From the IMG/VR virus record IMGVR_UViG_3300033066_000417: a stretch of DNA of 64,000 nucleotides. One strand, given 5' to 3'. This stretch comes from an uncultured virus (IMG/VR IMGVR_UViG_3300033066_000417). Lineage: Duplodnaviria; Heunggongvirae; Uroviricota; Caudoviricetes. The notes beneath the pieces are model-generated. The model ran no database searches and was not told where the DNA came from. It was given only the letters and a program-made list of their open reading frames with translations. Shown one piece after another: positions 54,945-63,916 of this stretch; the first letter of the stretch is position 1, and each line of letters starts with the position of its first letter. Made by a program: the position numbers and the translations under genes.

Positions 54945-56165
54945 ATGTCTAAAAAATTAAGTAAACCAGAAATATTAGAAGCACATTTACGTGAGAATGT
55001 TAATAAAAAAGACACAGATATAGCTAAAAGCATAAAAAGCACTTACCCAGATTTGTATAAAGGTGTGCAGACAGAGAGCATACGAAAGCAATTAGGTCAT
55101 TTGAGAAATGAATTAAACCTACCCCAAGGCACTGAAAAGAAAATACTCACTGTAGAAGAATCTATAGAAGAGGATAAAAGGATAAAAAGCCTTCAAAACA
55201 AGAATGCTGACTATAAGATAAAGTACGAACATTTATTAAAGCAGGTAGACAAAAAAGACCGAATCATAGACTTGCATACAGAGCTTAGCAAAGTGGTATC
55301 TGTGAGTCCTATAAGAGTTAACAAGAGTATAGGAAAATCACAAGCTACAGTGTTAACAGCTTTGTCAGATGTGCACATAGAACAGAGGATAGACAAGGCT
55401 TCTGTGAATGGATTAAACGAGTATAACCCAGATATTGCAAAAAGAAGAATCAATAACTATTTTGTCAATCTTGTAAAGCTTATAAAGAAAGAGAGACAGG
55501 ATGTTGCTATATCTAATTTAGTACTATCACTTCTTGGAGATACGATTCACGGTTATATTCACGAGGAATATCAGCAAACTAACTACATGACCCCAATTCA
55601 GGCAAGTCTGTATGCTTACGAATTATTACTTCAAGGATTTAATTACATACTTGAAAATGATGACAAGTTAGAAACTATAACAGTAGTCTGTAAAGTTGGA
55701 AACCATTCCAGAACTACAGAAAAATCTTATACTGACGCTGAGGCTCTTATGAGCCATGAGTATGGTATATACAAGCATCTGGCAAAACATTTTGAGAATG
55801 AAAAAAGAATAAATTTTATAATTGAAGAAAGCTATCTTACATACTTAGAGATATATAATAAAACAGTTCGTTTTCACCACGGTCATGCCTTCAGGTATGG
55901 TGGCGGTGTTGGTGGTTTGTATATACCTTTATTAAAATATGTATCTAGATTGCAGGAACAGAGGCATGCAGACATTGATTTTATAGGACATTGGCACACT
56001 CATATACATATACCTCAAGCTTTAGTAAACGGTTGTGTGTGTGGATTTAGTGCATACAGTTCCAAGTTAGGCTTTAAACCAGAGCCTCCTACTCAACAAT
56101 TTCAGTTGATAGACGCTAATAGAGGTTTTACTTTAAATTTACCAATACTTTTAGAGAGCAATTAA
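54945..56165 (+). CDS. Calcineurin-like metallophosphoesterase with N-terminal HTH/coiled coil
   Basis: LSDVH, LLGDTIHG, VGNH, HHGH, GHWH. Confidence 0.85.
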   Translation: MSKKLSKPEILEAHLRENVNKKDTDIAKSIKSTYPDLYKGVQTESIRKQLGHLRNELNLPQGTEKKILTVEESIEEDKRIKSLQNKNADYKIKYEHLLKQVDKKDRIIDLHTELSKVVSVSPIRVNKSIGKSQATVLTALSDVHIEQRIDKASVNGLNEYNPDIAKRRINNYFVNLVKLIKKERQDVAISNLVLSLLGDTIHGYIHEEYQQTNYMTPIQASLYAYELLLQGFNYILENDDKLETITVVCKVGNHSRTTEKSYTDAEALMSHEYGIYKHLAKHFENEKRINFIIEESYLTYLEIYNKTVRFHHGHAFRYGGGVGGLYIPLLKYVSRLQEQRHADIDFIGHWHTHIHIPQALVNGCVCGFSAYSSKLGFKPEPPTQQFQLIDANRGFTLNLPILLESN

Positions 56166-56218
56166 TAACGAGACTAATGGGAAGTTAATGTGAAGATGAA
56201 TAATTTTATGACACAAAC

Positions 56219-56752
56219 GTGGACTCAAAATATTATAATGAAAATGCTTATGTTGACATAGGTAAGTTGCTTGATGATGAGGATAAAGAATTACACAAAG
56301 AATATAAAAAAGTAACAGGAAAAAATTATGACCCAGATAAAGCGTGGGACTTGTTACAACAGCAAAAAGATAAAGACTTAAACTTAGTTCATAAAGCTAG
56401 GGCTGGAAGTATAGAGGCTAGAAATTACCTCTTTATAAAACATTTACCTACTATAAAAGGGTGGTTAAAATCTATGAAGCATATAAAGCCAATAGACTTT
56501 AACGATAAGCTTCATGATTGTTTTTTTGTAATGATGCTGGCAATTGATGAGTTTGATGAAAAGAAGAATGATAACTTTTTACGTTTTTGTAAAATGTTCA
56601 TTCCACAAAGATTGATAAATGATTATAAAAGTAAAAAGAATAGATACGAAACAATATACCATGATAATATAGATGACTATGATGAAAATAATCCATTCAT
56701 GACGTTACCTCCAAGCATGCAAAACCATGAAAAAGAATACGAGCTTACATAA
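56219..56752 (+). CDS. Sigma-70 region-2-like protein (short phage sigma factor)
   Basis: LVHKARAGSIEARNYL..HL; D..FVMMLAIDEFDEKK..NF..F....I...LIND; no region-4 HTH. Confidence 0.65.
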   Translation: MDSKYYNENAYVDIGKLLDDEDKELHKEYKKVTGKNYDPDKAWDLLQQQKDKDLNLVHKARAGSIEARNYLFIKHLPTIKGWLKSMKHIKPIDFNDKLHDCFFVMMLAIDEFDEKKNDNFLRFCKMFIPQRLINDYKSKKNRYETIYHDNIDDYDENNPFMTLPPSMQNHEKEYELT

Positions 56753-57101
56753 AGTAGAACAAAAATTACGAGAACTAGAAGAACGTAAAAAAAATTTACA
56801 CACAGAAGAATACAAAAAACTATTCAAAGATACACAAGAACTTTACACAAAAATACTTAGAAACACAAACTTTCGTTTCTCCTTAACCGACCATGCAGTA
56901 GTTGAGTACCAGACAGATGTAGAATTTCTACCTCCTGCTCAGGCTAAATTTAACATACTGTATGCAGTGGAATCCTATTTCAACCTTCACCCTCAAATTG
57001 ATATAAAATCTCTTAAAGATGTTATATACAGACCTAATATAGATGGTATAATTTACGTTATAAAGAATAACAAAGTTATAACCACTTATCCAGCCGATTA
57101 A
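56727..57101 (+). CDS. Hypothetical protein (possible RelE-like fold at C-terminus)
   Basis: LTDHAV..Y and YVIKNNKVITTY. Confidence 0.45.
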   Translation: MKKNTSLHKVEQKLRELEERKKNLHTEEYKKLFKDTQELYTKILRNTNFRFSLTDHAVVEYQTDVEFLPPAQAKFNILYAVESYFNLHPQIDIKSLKDVIYRPNIDGIIYVIKNNKVITTYPAD

Positions 57102-57121
57102 AAAGGTACCAAATTTATGCA

Positions 57122-57180
57122 TTGTTTTTCTCATTTCTTTCCCCTATACTTGTAATAGAAAGTTAAACAATAAGGAGAAA
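57122..57180 (+). promoter_or_regulatory. Early promoter-RBS cassette, copy 1
   Basis: TTG-N20-TATACTTG; 57142-57180 identical to 58312-58350. Confidence 0.75.
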
Positions 57181-57182
57181 AA

Positions 57183-58250
57183 ATGAAATCATCTAAATTA
57201 ATCCCGTTTTTAGTGTTCTGCATCAAGACCAGACGTGTTGTTTTAGTAACAGGTCAAGCTGGTGGTGGCAAAACTGATAACATCTTACAGGCTGTAGCTT
57301 TTGTGGATGCTGAAGATAGGAATGCTCATAAAGCAAATAAGAATGACAAGAGAACTGCGGATGAGGTTGGCTGTGACGTTATAATCAGTCATCCAGTAGT
57401 AAGTGACCCTACTGACTTTAAAGGCTTACCAATGCCCTCTAAAGATGGTTTAACAGCAAACTTCTTACCCTTCGGAGACTTACAGAGACTTATGACTGCA
57501 AAAAGGCTCACAGTCTTCTTCATAGATGACCTTGGGCAGGCTTCACCAGCAGTACAAGCTTCAATCATGCAGTTACTCTTAGCCAGAGAAATCAATGGCA
57601 AAAAAATCTCTGATAATGTTGTGTTTATGATGGCAACAAACAGGAAACAGGACAAAGCTGGTGTAGTAGGAATACTGGAACCTGTTAAATCAAGATGTGA
57701 TGCTATTGTTGAATATGATATTGACTCGAATGACTGGATTAACTGGGCGTTTGACCATAACATGCCAATAGAGTTAATCGCATACGTTCAGCTTAAACCT
57801 ACAGTTCTAACAGAAGGTAAACCTTCCAATGACATAGTAAACACACCCTGCCCTAGAACAATAGCGAAAGCTGGCAAGTTCTTAACAGACGGTCTCCCTG
57901 AAGAGTTCCAGTCTGAAGCTTTCGAAGGTGCATGTGGAAAAGGTTTTGCAATAGAGTTTTCCAGTTTTTTAAAGCTTGTAAAAGAAATGCCAAGCTTGGA
58001 TGAAGTAATCAACAATCCTGATAATGTAGCTATCCCAGCTAAATTGGATATCCAGTATGCTCTCTGTGGTGCTCTTGTAAATGCAGTGAATGCAGTGAAG
58101 ATGCCTAACGTTGTAAAGTTCATGAGCAGGCTTCCTGAAGAGTTCCAGATGTTCACTCAGAAAGCAATAGCTTGTGCTAAACCGAAGTTAACAAAAGAAT
58201 ACAGCTACATGCAGTGGTCAGCAAAACTAGCTTCAAGTTTGGTAGACTAG
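57183..58250 (+). CDS. MoxR-like AAA+ ATPase
   Basis: GQAGGGKT Walker A, FFIDD Walker B, MATNR sensor 1, KSR, PCPR. Confidence 0.85.
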   Translation: MKSSKLIPFLVFCIKTRRVVLVTGQAGGGKTDNILQAVAFVDAEDRNAHKANKNDKRTADEVGCDVIISHPVVSDPTDFKGLPMPSKDGLTANFLPFGDLQRLMTAKRLTVFFIDDLGQASPAVQASIMQLLLAREINGKKISDNVVFMMATNRKQDKAGVVGILEPVKSRCDAIVEYDIDSNDWINWAFDHNMPIELIAYVQLKPTVLTEGKPSNDIVNTPCPRTIAKAGKFLTDGLPEEFQSEAFEGACGKGFAIEFSSFLKLVKEMPSLDEVINNPDNVAIPAKLDIQYALCGALVNAVNAVKMPNVVKFMSRLPEEFQMFTQKAIACAKPKLTKEYSYMQWSAKLASSLVD

Positions 58251-58259
58251 ATGAATCCC

Positions 58260-58288
58260 AATCCCCTAGAAATAGGGGATTTTTTTTT
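58260..58288 (+). terminator. Rho-independent terminator
   Basis: AATCCCCTA-GAAA-TAGGGGATT + T-tract. Confidence 0.9.
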
Positions 58289-58291
58289 ACC

Positions 58292-58350
58292 TTGTTTTTT
58301 AAAAAGATTTACCCTATACTTGTAATAGAAAGTTAAACAATAAGGAGAAA
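58292..58350 (+). promoter_or_regulatory. Early promoter-RBS cassette, copy 2
   Basis: TTG-N20-TATACTTG; 39-nt identity with copy 1. Confidence 0.75.
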
Positions 58351-58356
58351 TTAAAA

Positions 58357-59241
58357 ATGAGTAAGACAATAGCAGATACAAAAGTAGTAGCAGTAGTAGA
58401 TGGCAAGATAAATGTTACTGAAAATGCGTTAATAGTAGCAGTAAGTATCTCTCAGTGGGTTGCCAGAAAACAGGATAAGATAGCTACAAAAGCTGTAGAA
58501 AAAAAGTTTGATACATCTGGTAATGCAGGTGCTTTCCAGAAAGCTTTAGTTGATTCAGAACTGCTTAAAGAAATCCAGCAGATAGCCTCAGAGTTACGCA
58601 CATACCACAACACCAACACTTTGCCGTGGGGTGATAATGGGGACAGGTTCTTACCGATGACAAACTACCATGAATATATGGGTGTAATCTCTCAGCTCAA
58701 AGCAAAGTTTGAAGATAAAGTAAAAGAGTTTGAAAAAGAATATCCAGCACTGAAAGCTGATGCAAGAATGAGACTAAATGGTCTTTTCAGTGAAGATGAC
58801 TATCCGAATGATATCTCTTCAAAGTTTGGAATAAGAATAAGACCTATGCCAGTACCTGCAACAGAGCACATGAATGTTAATCTTCCAGAAGAAGAGCTTA
58901 AAAGACTTAAAGAAGAAATGGGAATTGAAGTTGAAAACCGTCTCCAGACTGCAATCAATGATATCTTCAAACGTTTGGAAAAGACTGTATATAATATGGT
59001 TGAAAGACTTAAGGATGTTGATAATAAGTTCAAAGACAGTCTGGTTGATAATGTAAAAGATATCATCAAACTGGCTCCAAAGTTGAATGTTTATAATGAC
59101 CCAAAGATTACAGAGCTTTGCAAAGACATGAAGAAGTTAGTTGTTAACCCTAATCTGCTCAGAGCTGATGTAATAACAAGGAAAGAAACCTGCAAGAAAG
59201 CAGAAGACATCCTGAAGAAAATGAAATCCTTTGTAGCGTAG
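58357..59241 (+). CDS. DUF3150-like protein
   Basis: ISQWVARKQD, TLPWGDNGDRFLP, LFSEDDYP, FKDSLVDN; adjacent to AAA and DUF2201 genes. Confidence 0.6.
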   Translation: MSKTIADTKVVAVVDGKINVTENALIVAVSISQWVARKQDKIATKAVEKKFDTSGNAGAFQKALVDSELLKEIQQIASELRTYHNTNTLPWGDNGDRFLPMTNYHEYMGVISQLKAKFEDKVKEFEKEYPALKADARMRLNGLFSEDDYPNDISSKFGIRIRPMPVPATEHMNVNLPEEELKRLKEEMGIEVENRLQTAINDIFKRLEKTVYNMVERLKDVDNKFKDSLVDNVKDIIKLAPKLNVYNDPKITELCKDMKKLVVNPNLLRADVITRKETCKKAEDILKKMKSFVA

Positions 59242-59255
59242 TTTAACTTTCTAAT

Positions 59256-59287
59256 GGAGAGGGCATATTGCTCTCTCCTAATTTTTT
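59256..59287 (+). terminator. Rho-independent terminator
   Basis: GGAGAGGGCA-TAT-TGCTCTCTCC then TAATTTTTT. Confidence 0.75.
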
Positions 59288-59300
59288 ATAATAAAAAAAA

Positions 59301-59624
59301 ATGGAAAAAGTATTTAATGCAATAGTAGATTTTATTAAAACTAATGAACTTGAAGAGAACGTTATAAAAATAGAGAGGTATGGTAATGGAACAATTGAAC
59401 AGCTTAAATCTAATGAGTGGGGCATTATGCTGGCTTACACAGATGAGGAAGTAAGAGAAATAGGTGACTATGAGTTTGAAGATATGTTTATAGACTATGA
59501 TGAAGAAATGAATGAAAAGTATAAAGAAGATGGTATTGCTTTTGATACAGAAGAAGCAGACCCTGCTGTAGGTCAGGCTTATGTAAAAGTTACTTATACA
59601 CCTAAAGAGAGGACACAAGCATAA
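59301..59624 (+). CDS. Acidic hypothetical protein
   Basis: 107-aa ORF. Confidence 0.6.
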   Translation: MEKVFNAIVDFIKTNELEENVIKIERYGNGTIEQLKSNEWGIMLAYTDEEVREIGDYEFEDMFIDYDEEMNEKYKEDGIAFDTEEADPAVGQAYVKVTYTPKERTQA

Positions 59625-59625
59625 A

Positions 59626-59997
59626 ATGGGATACGAAATAAAATTAATTTTAGGAAGAACCACTGACCAAGGAAGTGAACAAAAATGGTTTCGTGAAGCA
59701 GGGGCTCTGGACATAGGAAAATTTAATGACAATGAGCTTGGTAAACTAAAAAGCGTACTTGAGAAGAATGAGACAGGAGCTACAGAGGTTTTTATTTATG
59801 AGTCTGATGGAAATACTAAATGTTATGAAGATAAATATGGCAATGCTCTTGTTCCTACACTTACATGGATAGTTGCAGAAGCTCTGGAGCAGGATAATAA
59901 GATATACGAAAACGAAGAGTTAGAAGCAATTATACCATTTTTAAGAGAGATTTCTAAAAATCCGTACTGGCATAATTGTATAATTTTTGGTCACTAA
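59626..59997 (+). CDS. Hypothetical protein
   Basis: 123-aa ORF (DGN...EDKYG...FGH). Confidence 0.6.
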   Translation: MGYEIKLILGRTTDQGSEQKWFREAGALDIGKFNDNELGKLKSVLEKNETGATEVFIYESDGNTKCYEDKYGNALVPTLTWIVAEALEQDNKIYENEELEAIIPFLREISKNPYWHNCIIFGH

Positions 59998-60005
59998 TTT
60001 ATACC

Positions 60006-60036
60006 TTGTTTTTTACGATTCTTTGTTGTAACTTTG
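60006..60036 (+). promoter_or_regulatory. Bacteroidota-type early promoter
   Basis: TTG-N20-TAACTTTG. Confidence 0.7.
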
Positions 60037-60058
60037 TATTATAATTAAACAATTAAAA

Positions 60059-61165
60059 ATGACCGAGAAGATAATAAAAGGCAGACAACAGTTACTTTTG
60101 ACCCACAGTTTCTGGGCATCCATGACCTTAAATCTTCCTTTAATAGAAGATAAGACCATAAAAACAGCCTGTACTGATGGAACCAGCATAAGGTATAATC
60201 CAGCCTTTACAGAGGCTCTGAGTGTGTCTGAGGCTAGCTGTTTACTGGCTCATGAAGTGGCTCATGTCATGCTTACACACCATCTTAGACGTGCAGGAAG
60301 AGACAATAAGAAGTGGAACGTGGCTTGTGACTATGTTATAAACCCTCTTTTAGTTGCTGATGGTTTTGAACTTCCAAAAGGCGGTCTTTTAAATGATGCT
60401 TATAAAGATATGAATGCTGAGCAGGTTTATAATTTACTGCCTGATAGTGATGATGATAACGGTGATGGTGATGGAGATGGTGGTTCAGGCTTTGGAGACG
60501 TTGAAGATTATCCTGAAAAGAATAAAGTAAGCAAAGATGAACATGAAGCTCAGGTACAGCAGATGGTAGCACAGGCTGAGAACTTAGCAAAACAACAGGG
60601 CAATATGCCAGCAGGTATGGCAAGGATTGTAGAAAATATCTTAAATCCACAGCTACCATGGCAGGAGATTCTTGCAAGATTCATATCAGCACCAGTAAAA
60701 GATGATTATAGCTGGAGAAAACCTAACTCAAGGTATGCACACATGGGAATGTATCTTCCTAGCTTGTACAGTGAAAAACTTCAGAAAGGTGTTTACGCTG
60801 GTGATACTTCAATTTCAATGGATAAAAAAGAGATAGCTGAAGAAGTAGCAGAGATAACCAGTGTATGCGATTTATATAATCAGGATATGACAGTTATATG
60901 GTGTGATTCAAAAGTAGCTGGAGTAGAAGAGATTGAAGCATTCGGTGACAGACAGATAAATCCAGTTGGTGGTGGTGGAACAGATTTTGCCCCAGTGTTT
61001 GACTATGTTGAAGAGAATGAAATCAATCCAGCTTGGTTAGTATATCACACAGATGGTGAATGTAACAGTTATCCAGCAGTTGAACCTGAATACCCAGTTA
61101 TCTGGATTTGCACTGGTGAAAATTTTAATCCTCCTTTTGGAGAAGTAATTTATAAAAACAGTTAA
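60059..61165 (+). CDS. DUF2201-type metallopeptidase + vWA-like protein
   Basis: TACTDG, LAHEVAH, WNVACDYVIN, DTSISM, GGGGTDF.PVF, HTDG, PPFG. Confidence 0.85.
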   Translation: MTEKIIKGRQQLLLTHSFWASMTLNLPLIEDKTIKTACTDGTSIRYNPAFTEALSVSEASCLLAHEVAHVMLTHHLRRAGRDNKKWNVACDYVINPLLVADGFELPKGGLLNDAYKDMNAEQVYNLLPDSDDDNGDGDGDGGSGFGDVEDYPEKNKVSKDEHEAQVQQMVAQAENLAKQQGNMPAGMARIVENILNPQLPWQEILARFISAPVKDDYSWRKPNSRYAHMGMYLPSLYSEKLQKGVYAGDTSISMDKKEIAEEVAEITSVCDLYNQDMTVIWCDSKVAGVEEIEAFGDRQINPVGGGGTDFAPVFDYVEENEINPAWLVYHTDGECNSYPAVEPEYPVIWICTGENFNPPFGEVIYKNS

Positions 61166-61188
61166 AAGGCTTAGGAAGGAAAAATAAA

Positions 61189-61365
61189 ATGAAGACATTT
61201 TCTAAAACAGTAAGAGCACGTAACAGAAGAAAGTCGGCATATGCAAGACTGGAAAAACAGCTCAAGACAGGTACCAAAAATACAAAAGAAGGCGTGAAAG
61301 AGTTAACCGATAAAGATGTTGCCAGAATCAACACAGAGATGGTTACTCTGGAAGAAAGATTATAA
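61189..61365 (+). CDS. Small basic protein (not in ORF track)
   Basis: 58 aa MKTFSKTVRARNRRK...; AGGAAGGA upstream. Confidence 0.55.
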   Translation: MKTFSKTVRARNRRKSAYARLEKQLKTGTKNTKEGVKELTDKDVARINTEMVTLEERL

Positions 61366-61382
61366 TAGCTAAAGCGTAGCTA

Positions 61383-61498
61383 GTAGAGGTAGCTTCAATT
61401 GGCAGAGCAGTGCGAGATGTTGTAGTTGATAACAACACGGTAACTCTGAAAAGAGTGAAACACGCCTCAGTTTGGAGGTTCGAGTCCTCCCCTCTACA
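61383..61498 (+). ncRNA. tRNA-like RNA with expanded, branched anticodon region
   Basis: Acceptor GTAGAGG/CCTCTAC, D-arm GCTT-CAATTGGCA-GAGC, T-arm GGAGG-TTCGAGT-CCTCC; ~65 nt between D and T arms with two hairpins. Confidence 0.7.
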
Positions 61499-61527
61499 CA
61501 AGATTTAAAAAATTAAATTTAAATTAT

Positions 61528-61818
61528 ATGGAAACAAAAATAGTATTTCAAACTAATATAGATAGGTATAAAGGTAAATTTTATACACGTTCTTTTTTGA
61601 ATAGTAATGTTGTAATACCAAGAGTAGGAGACATGATAAAACTATCATACAAAGATGGAAGAAAGGAATTTACAGAAAAAGGATACCCTGACTCTTTGGA
61701 GGTGGTAAAAGTAACTTATGATTATGACGTAGAAATAATAGTAATAACTATTGAGTTACATTACAGTAGTATGGATTTAAAATTAATGAAAGCAAGCGAA
61801 ACACATCCGTATAAATAA
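61528..61818 (+). CDS. Hypothetical protein
   Basis: IPRVGD..LEVVKVTY small beta-barrel pattern. Confidence 0.6.
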   Translation: METKIVFQTNIDRYKGKFYTRSFLNSNVVIPRVGDMIKLSYKDGRKEFTEKGYPDSLEVVKVTYDYDVEIIVITIELHYSSMDLKLMKASETHPYK

Positions 61819-61839
61819 AAATTAAATTAAAAAACAAAA

Positions 61840-62010
61840 ATGGATATAATAACAATTATTTTTTACTGCTGTGCAGGCATGTTTAGTTTGTATTTTTTAG
61901 TAGCAAAAGTTACTCCGTTAACTGTAGCTTTGCTGTTTAAAGGGGCATCAATATTCTCACTGGTTTATATAGTAGTTCAGATTCTCAAAGCAACAGGATA
62001 TATAAATTAA
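61840..62010 (+). CDS. Small two-helix membrane protein (not in ORF track)
   Basis: 56 aa, hydrophobic, fills gap. Confidence 0.5.
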   Translation: MDIITIIFYCCAGMFSLYFLVAKVTPLTVALLFKGASIFSLVYIVVQILKATGYIN

Positions 62011-62011
62011 A

Positions 62012-62215
62012 ATGAAAAACGAAGAAAAAGAATTATGTTCCAGATGCCACAAAGATATGAATAAGGGCTCCAATGAAGGTGGCTGTGTATGTTGCAGAGA
62101 GCACTCAAATCAAATTATGGTGCCTGTAGAACGGGCTCCAGACCCAGATAATGATTATGACAATGAAGAGATTGAATTGTATGATGTAACAAGAGATGAG
62201 GTAAGCAGGTACTAA
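62012..62215 (+). CDS. Small Cys-rich protein
   Basis: CSRC...CVCC. Confidence 0.55.
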   Translation: MKNEEKELCSRCHKDMNKGSNEGGCVCCREHSNQIMVPVERAPDPDNDYDNEEIELYDVTRDEVSRY

Positions 62216-62571
62216 TGACTAGACAAAACTTAATACACCTTATTCAAAAAGAATGCTTAACAGCATGGCATGAGTTTTATGAGGCAGATGCTAAAAACAC
62301 GCCTGCTGAGAAAAACTTTAATCTTTATAATATTCGTGACTTTTACGATTACTTTGACAAACTTGGAATCTTTATAGTTATAGACTCATATGAGTATGAA
62401 ATTAAAAAATTGGAGTGTAGAAAATTTGAAGGTTGGTTACTGTTTGACGGGGACATGGGACTTAAAAATATTCGTCTTGAGCCTGCTTTCAATTCCAGAG
62501 TAGAAGCTGAATTGAATGCGTTTTATGAAGCGTTTAAAATAAGAGAAGGACAGTTAGAAGGTAAAAAATGA
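62215..62571 (+). CDS. Hypothetical protein
   Basis: YFDKLGIFI..FNSRVEAE..AFYEAF. Confidence 0.6.
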   Translation: MTRQNLIHLIQKECLTAWHEFYEADAKNTPAEKNFNLYNIRDFYDYFDKLGIFIVIDSYEYEIKKLECRKFEGWLLFDGDMGLKNIRLEPAFNSRVEAELNAFYEAFKIREGQLEGKK

Positions 62572-62649
62572 ATTCACAAGAATTGCAACTGCTAGCAGTA
62601 TTTAAAGCTGATAATAAGGAACTATTAGAAGCAATAGAGGATTAATAAA

Positions 62650-63330
62650 GTGAAACAACAACTTCCATTTGCATTTATAGTTGTAAAAGTATTAGGGGCT
62701 CCTATTGATGAAGAGCTTATGACTGACACACAGCAAGCAGAGTTTAACAGGATGTTTGCCAAATCAGAAACTACTGAGACCCAGTACAAAGCTAGGAATT
62801 TTGGGTTCTCTGATATTGATAAAATATTTTTACAAACGTTCAGGGTAGCTGAACTAACTGAAGAAACTCAAACAGTAGAAGGAAGACCTATACACAATTG
62901 TGGAGATTTTTCTTTAGTAGAGTTTGAAAGTTCAGTGTTAAACTGGCAGGATTTTGTAACACGTTTAGCTGGAATACAGGAATCAGGAAAATCAATTTGC
63001 TGGGTAACCTACAACGGTCTTATCTATGACCTTCCTAGAATCAATTATGAAATCATCCGTACAGGAGCTGATGTTAATCTTATTCCAACACCACGTTATT
63101 CACTAGCATTTGTTTTTGATATCATGCAGTGGGTGCACTGTTGGAATATAAGTAATGGGCTGTTGATAACCTGCGAAGCTTTTGGGATTCCTACAAATAT
63201 AAAGTATACCGATAAAGATTATATTGAAAAAGTATATGCTGGCAAAGTAAACAAAGATGAGTTCATGTTGGCACAAGGAAGTTATATTTCAAAATTGCTA
63301 CTTAAAACAGTGAGGTATTATTTTCAATGA
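62650..63330 (+). CDS. PolB-related 3'-5' exonuclease-fold protein, probably inactive
   Basis: WVTYNGLIYDLP, FDIM, LLITCEAFGIP present; ExoI DxE and ExoIII YxxxD not seen. Confidence 0.55.
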   Translation: MKQQLPFAFIVVKVLGAPIDEELMTDTQQAEFNRMFAKSETTETQYKARNFGFSDIDKIFLQTFRVAELTEETQTVEGRPIHNCGDFSLVEFESSVLNWQDFVTRLAGIQESGKSICWVTYNGLIYDLPRINYEIIRTGADVNLIPTPRYSLAFVFDIMQWVHCWNISNGLLITCEAFGIPTNIKYTDKDYIEKVYAGKVNKDEFMLAQGSYISKLLLKTVRYYFQ

Positions 63331-63605
63331 GTAATGAACTAAAGATAGAAATACTTAAAAAAATGAAGGTTATCCTTCAACGTGAGGTTTGTACTGGGTT
63401 TTGTAAAGCGTATGAAATAGCCACAGGAATAACAGGTGAAAATACCATGATTATAGTGTCAGAGGATATTGAAAAATCACTTAATGAGTTAGGACTGTAT
63501 AGACCATATGATAATCTATTTTCTTGTTTTTGGTACCGTACATATGATTTACAAATTCGTCTTGATAAGATTGATGAAGCAATTGCAAAATGGGAAAATG
63601 AATAA
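63327..63605 (+). CDS. Hypothetical protein
   Basis: GFC..FWY..RLDKIDEAI. Confidence 0.55.
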   Translation: MSNELKIEILKKMKVILQREVCTGFCKAYEIATGITGENTMIIVSEDIEKSLNELGLYRPYDNLFSCFWYRTYDLQIRLDKIDEAIAKWENE

Positions 63606-63843
63606 ATTTACATTCACAGGATACGTAGCTCGACAGCCAGTAGTGGAAAAGATTTTAAAAGAATTCCCAGATAAGAAAGGTGTAATATACCTAACAAGAC
63701 ACTATGAAGGAGACAGGCATCCAGAAAATGTTAATGATTATGGCTTAGTAGTAGAAGAGCACCATGATTATATTTTGTTGCCTCCTGACAGCTTCCCAGA
63801 TTTGAAAAAGTACAGAAAATGTAAAGTAACCGTGGAGTATTAA
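63598..63843 (+). CDS. Hypothetical protein
   Basis: ATG 63598 (MNKFTFTGYVAR) preferred; LPPDSFPDL. Confidence 0.55.
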   Translation: MNKFTFTGYVARQPVVEKILKEFPDKKGVIYLTRHYEGDRHPENVNDYGLVVEEHHDYILLPPDSFPDLKKYRKCKVTVEY

Positions 63844-63861
63844 GGGTACCAGATTTTTACC

Positions 63862-63892
63862 TTGTTTTTTGATTTTATTTCTCTTATACTTG
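63862..63892 (+). promoter_or_regulatory. Early promoter
   Basis: TTG-N20-TATACTTG then AAAGGGAG RBS. Confidence 0.7.
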
Positions 63893-63916
63893 TATTACAA
63901 TAAAGGGAGAAATTAA

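Noticed and set aside
1054..61334. Minus-strand ORFs in the six-frame track
   Set aside because: All are short, overlap plus-strand coding sequence and look like antisense shadows; none has a recognisable motif
61383..61498. Calling this a standard tRNA-Ile or intron-containing tRNA
   Set aside because: Extra sequence lies on both sides of the possible GAT loop, the anticodon stem is imperfect and the insert is too short for a self-splicing intron; kept as tRNA-like ncRNA
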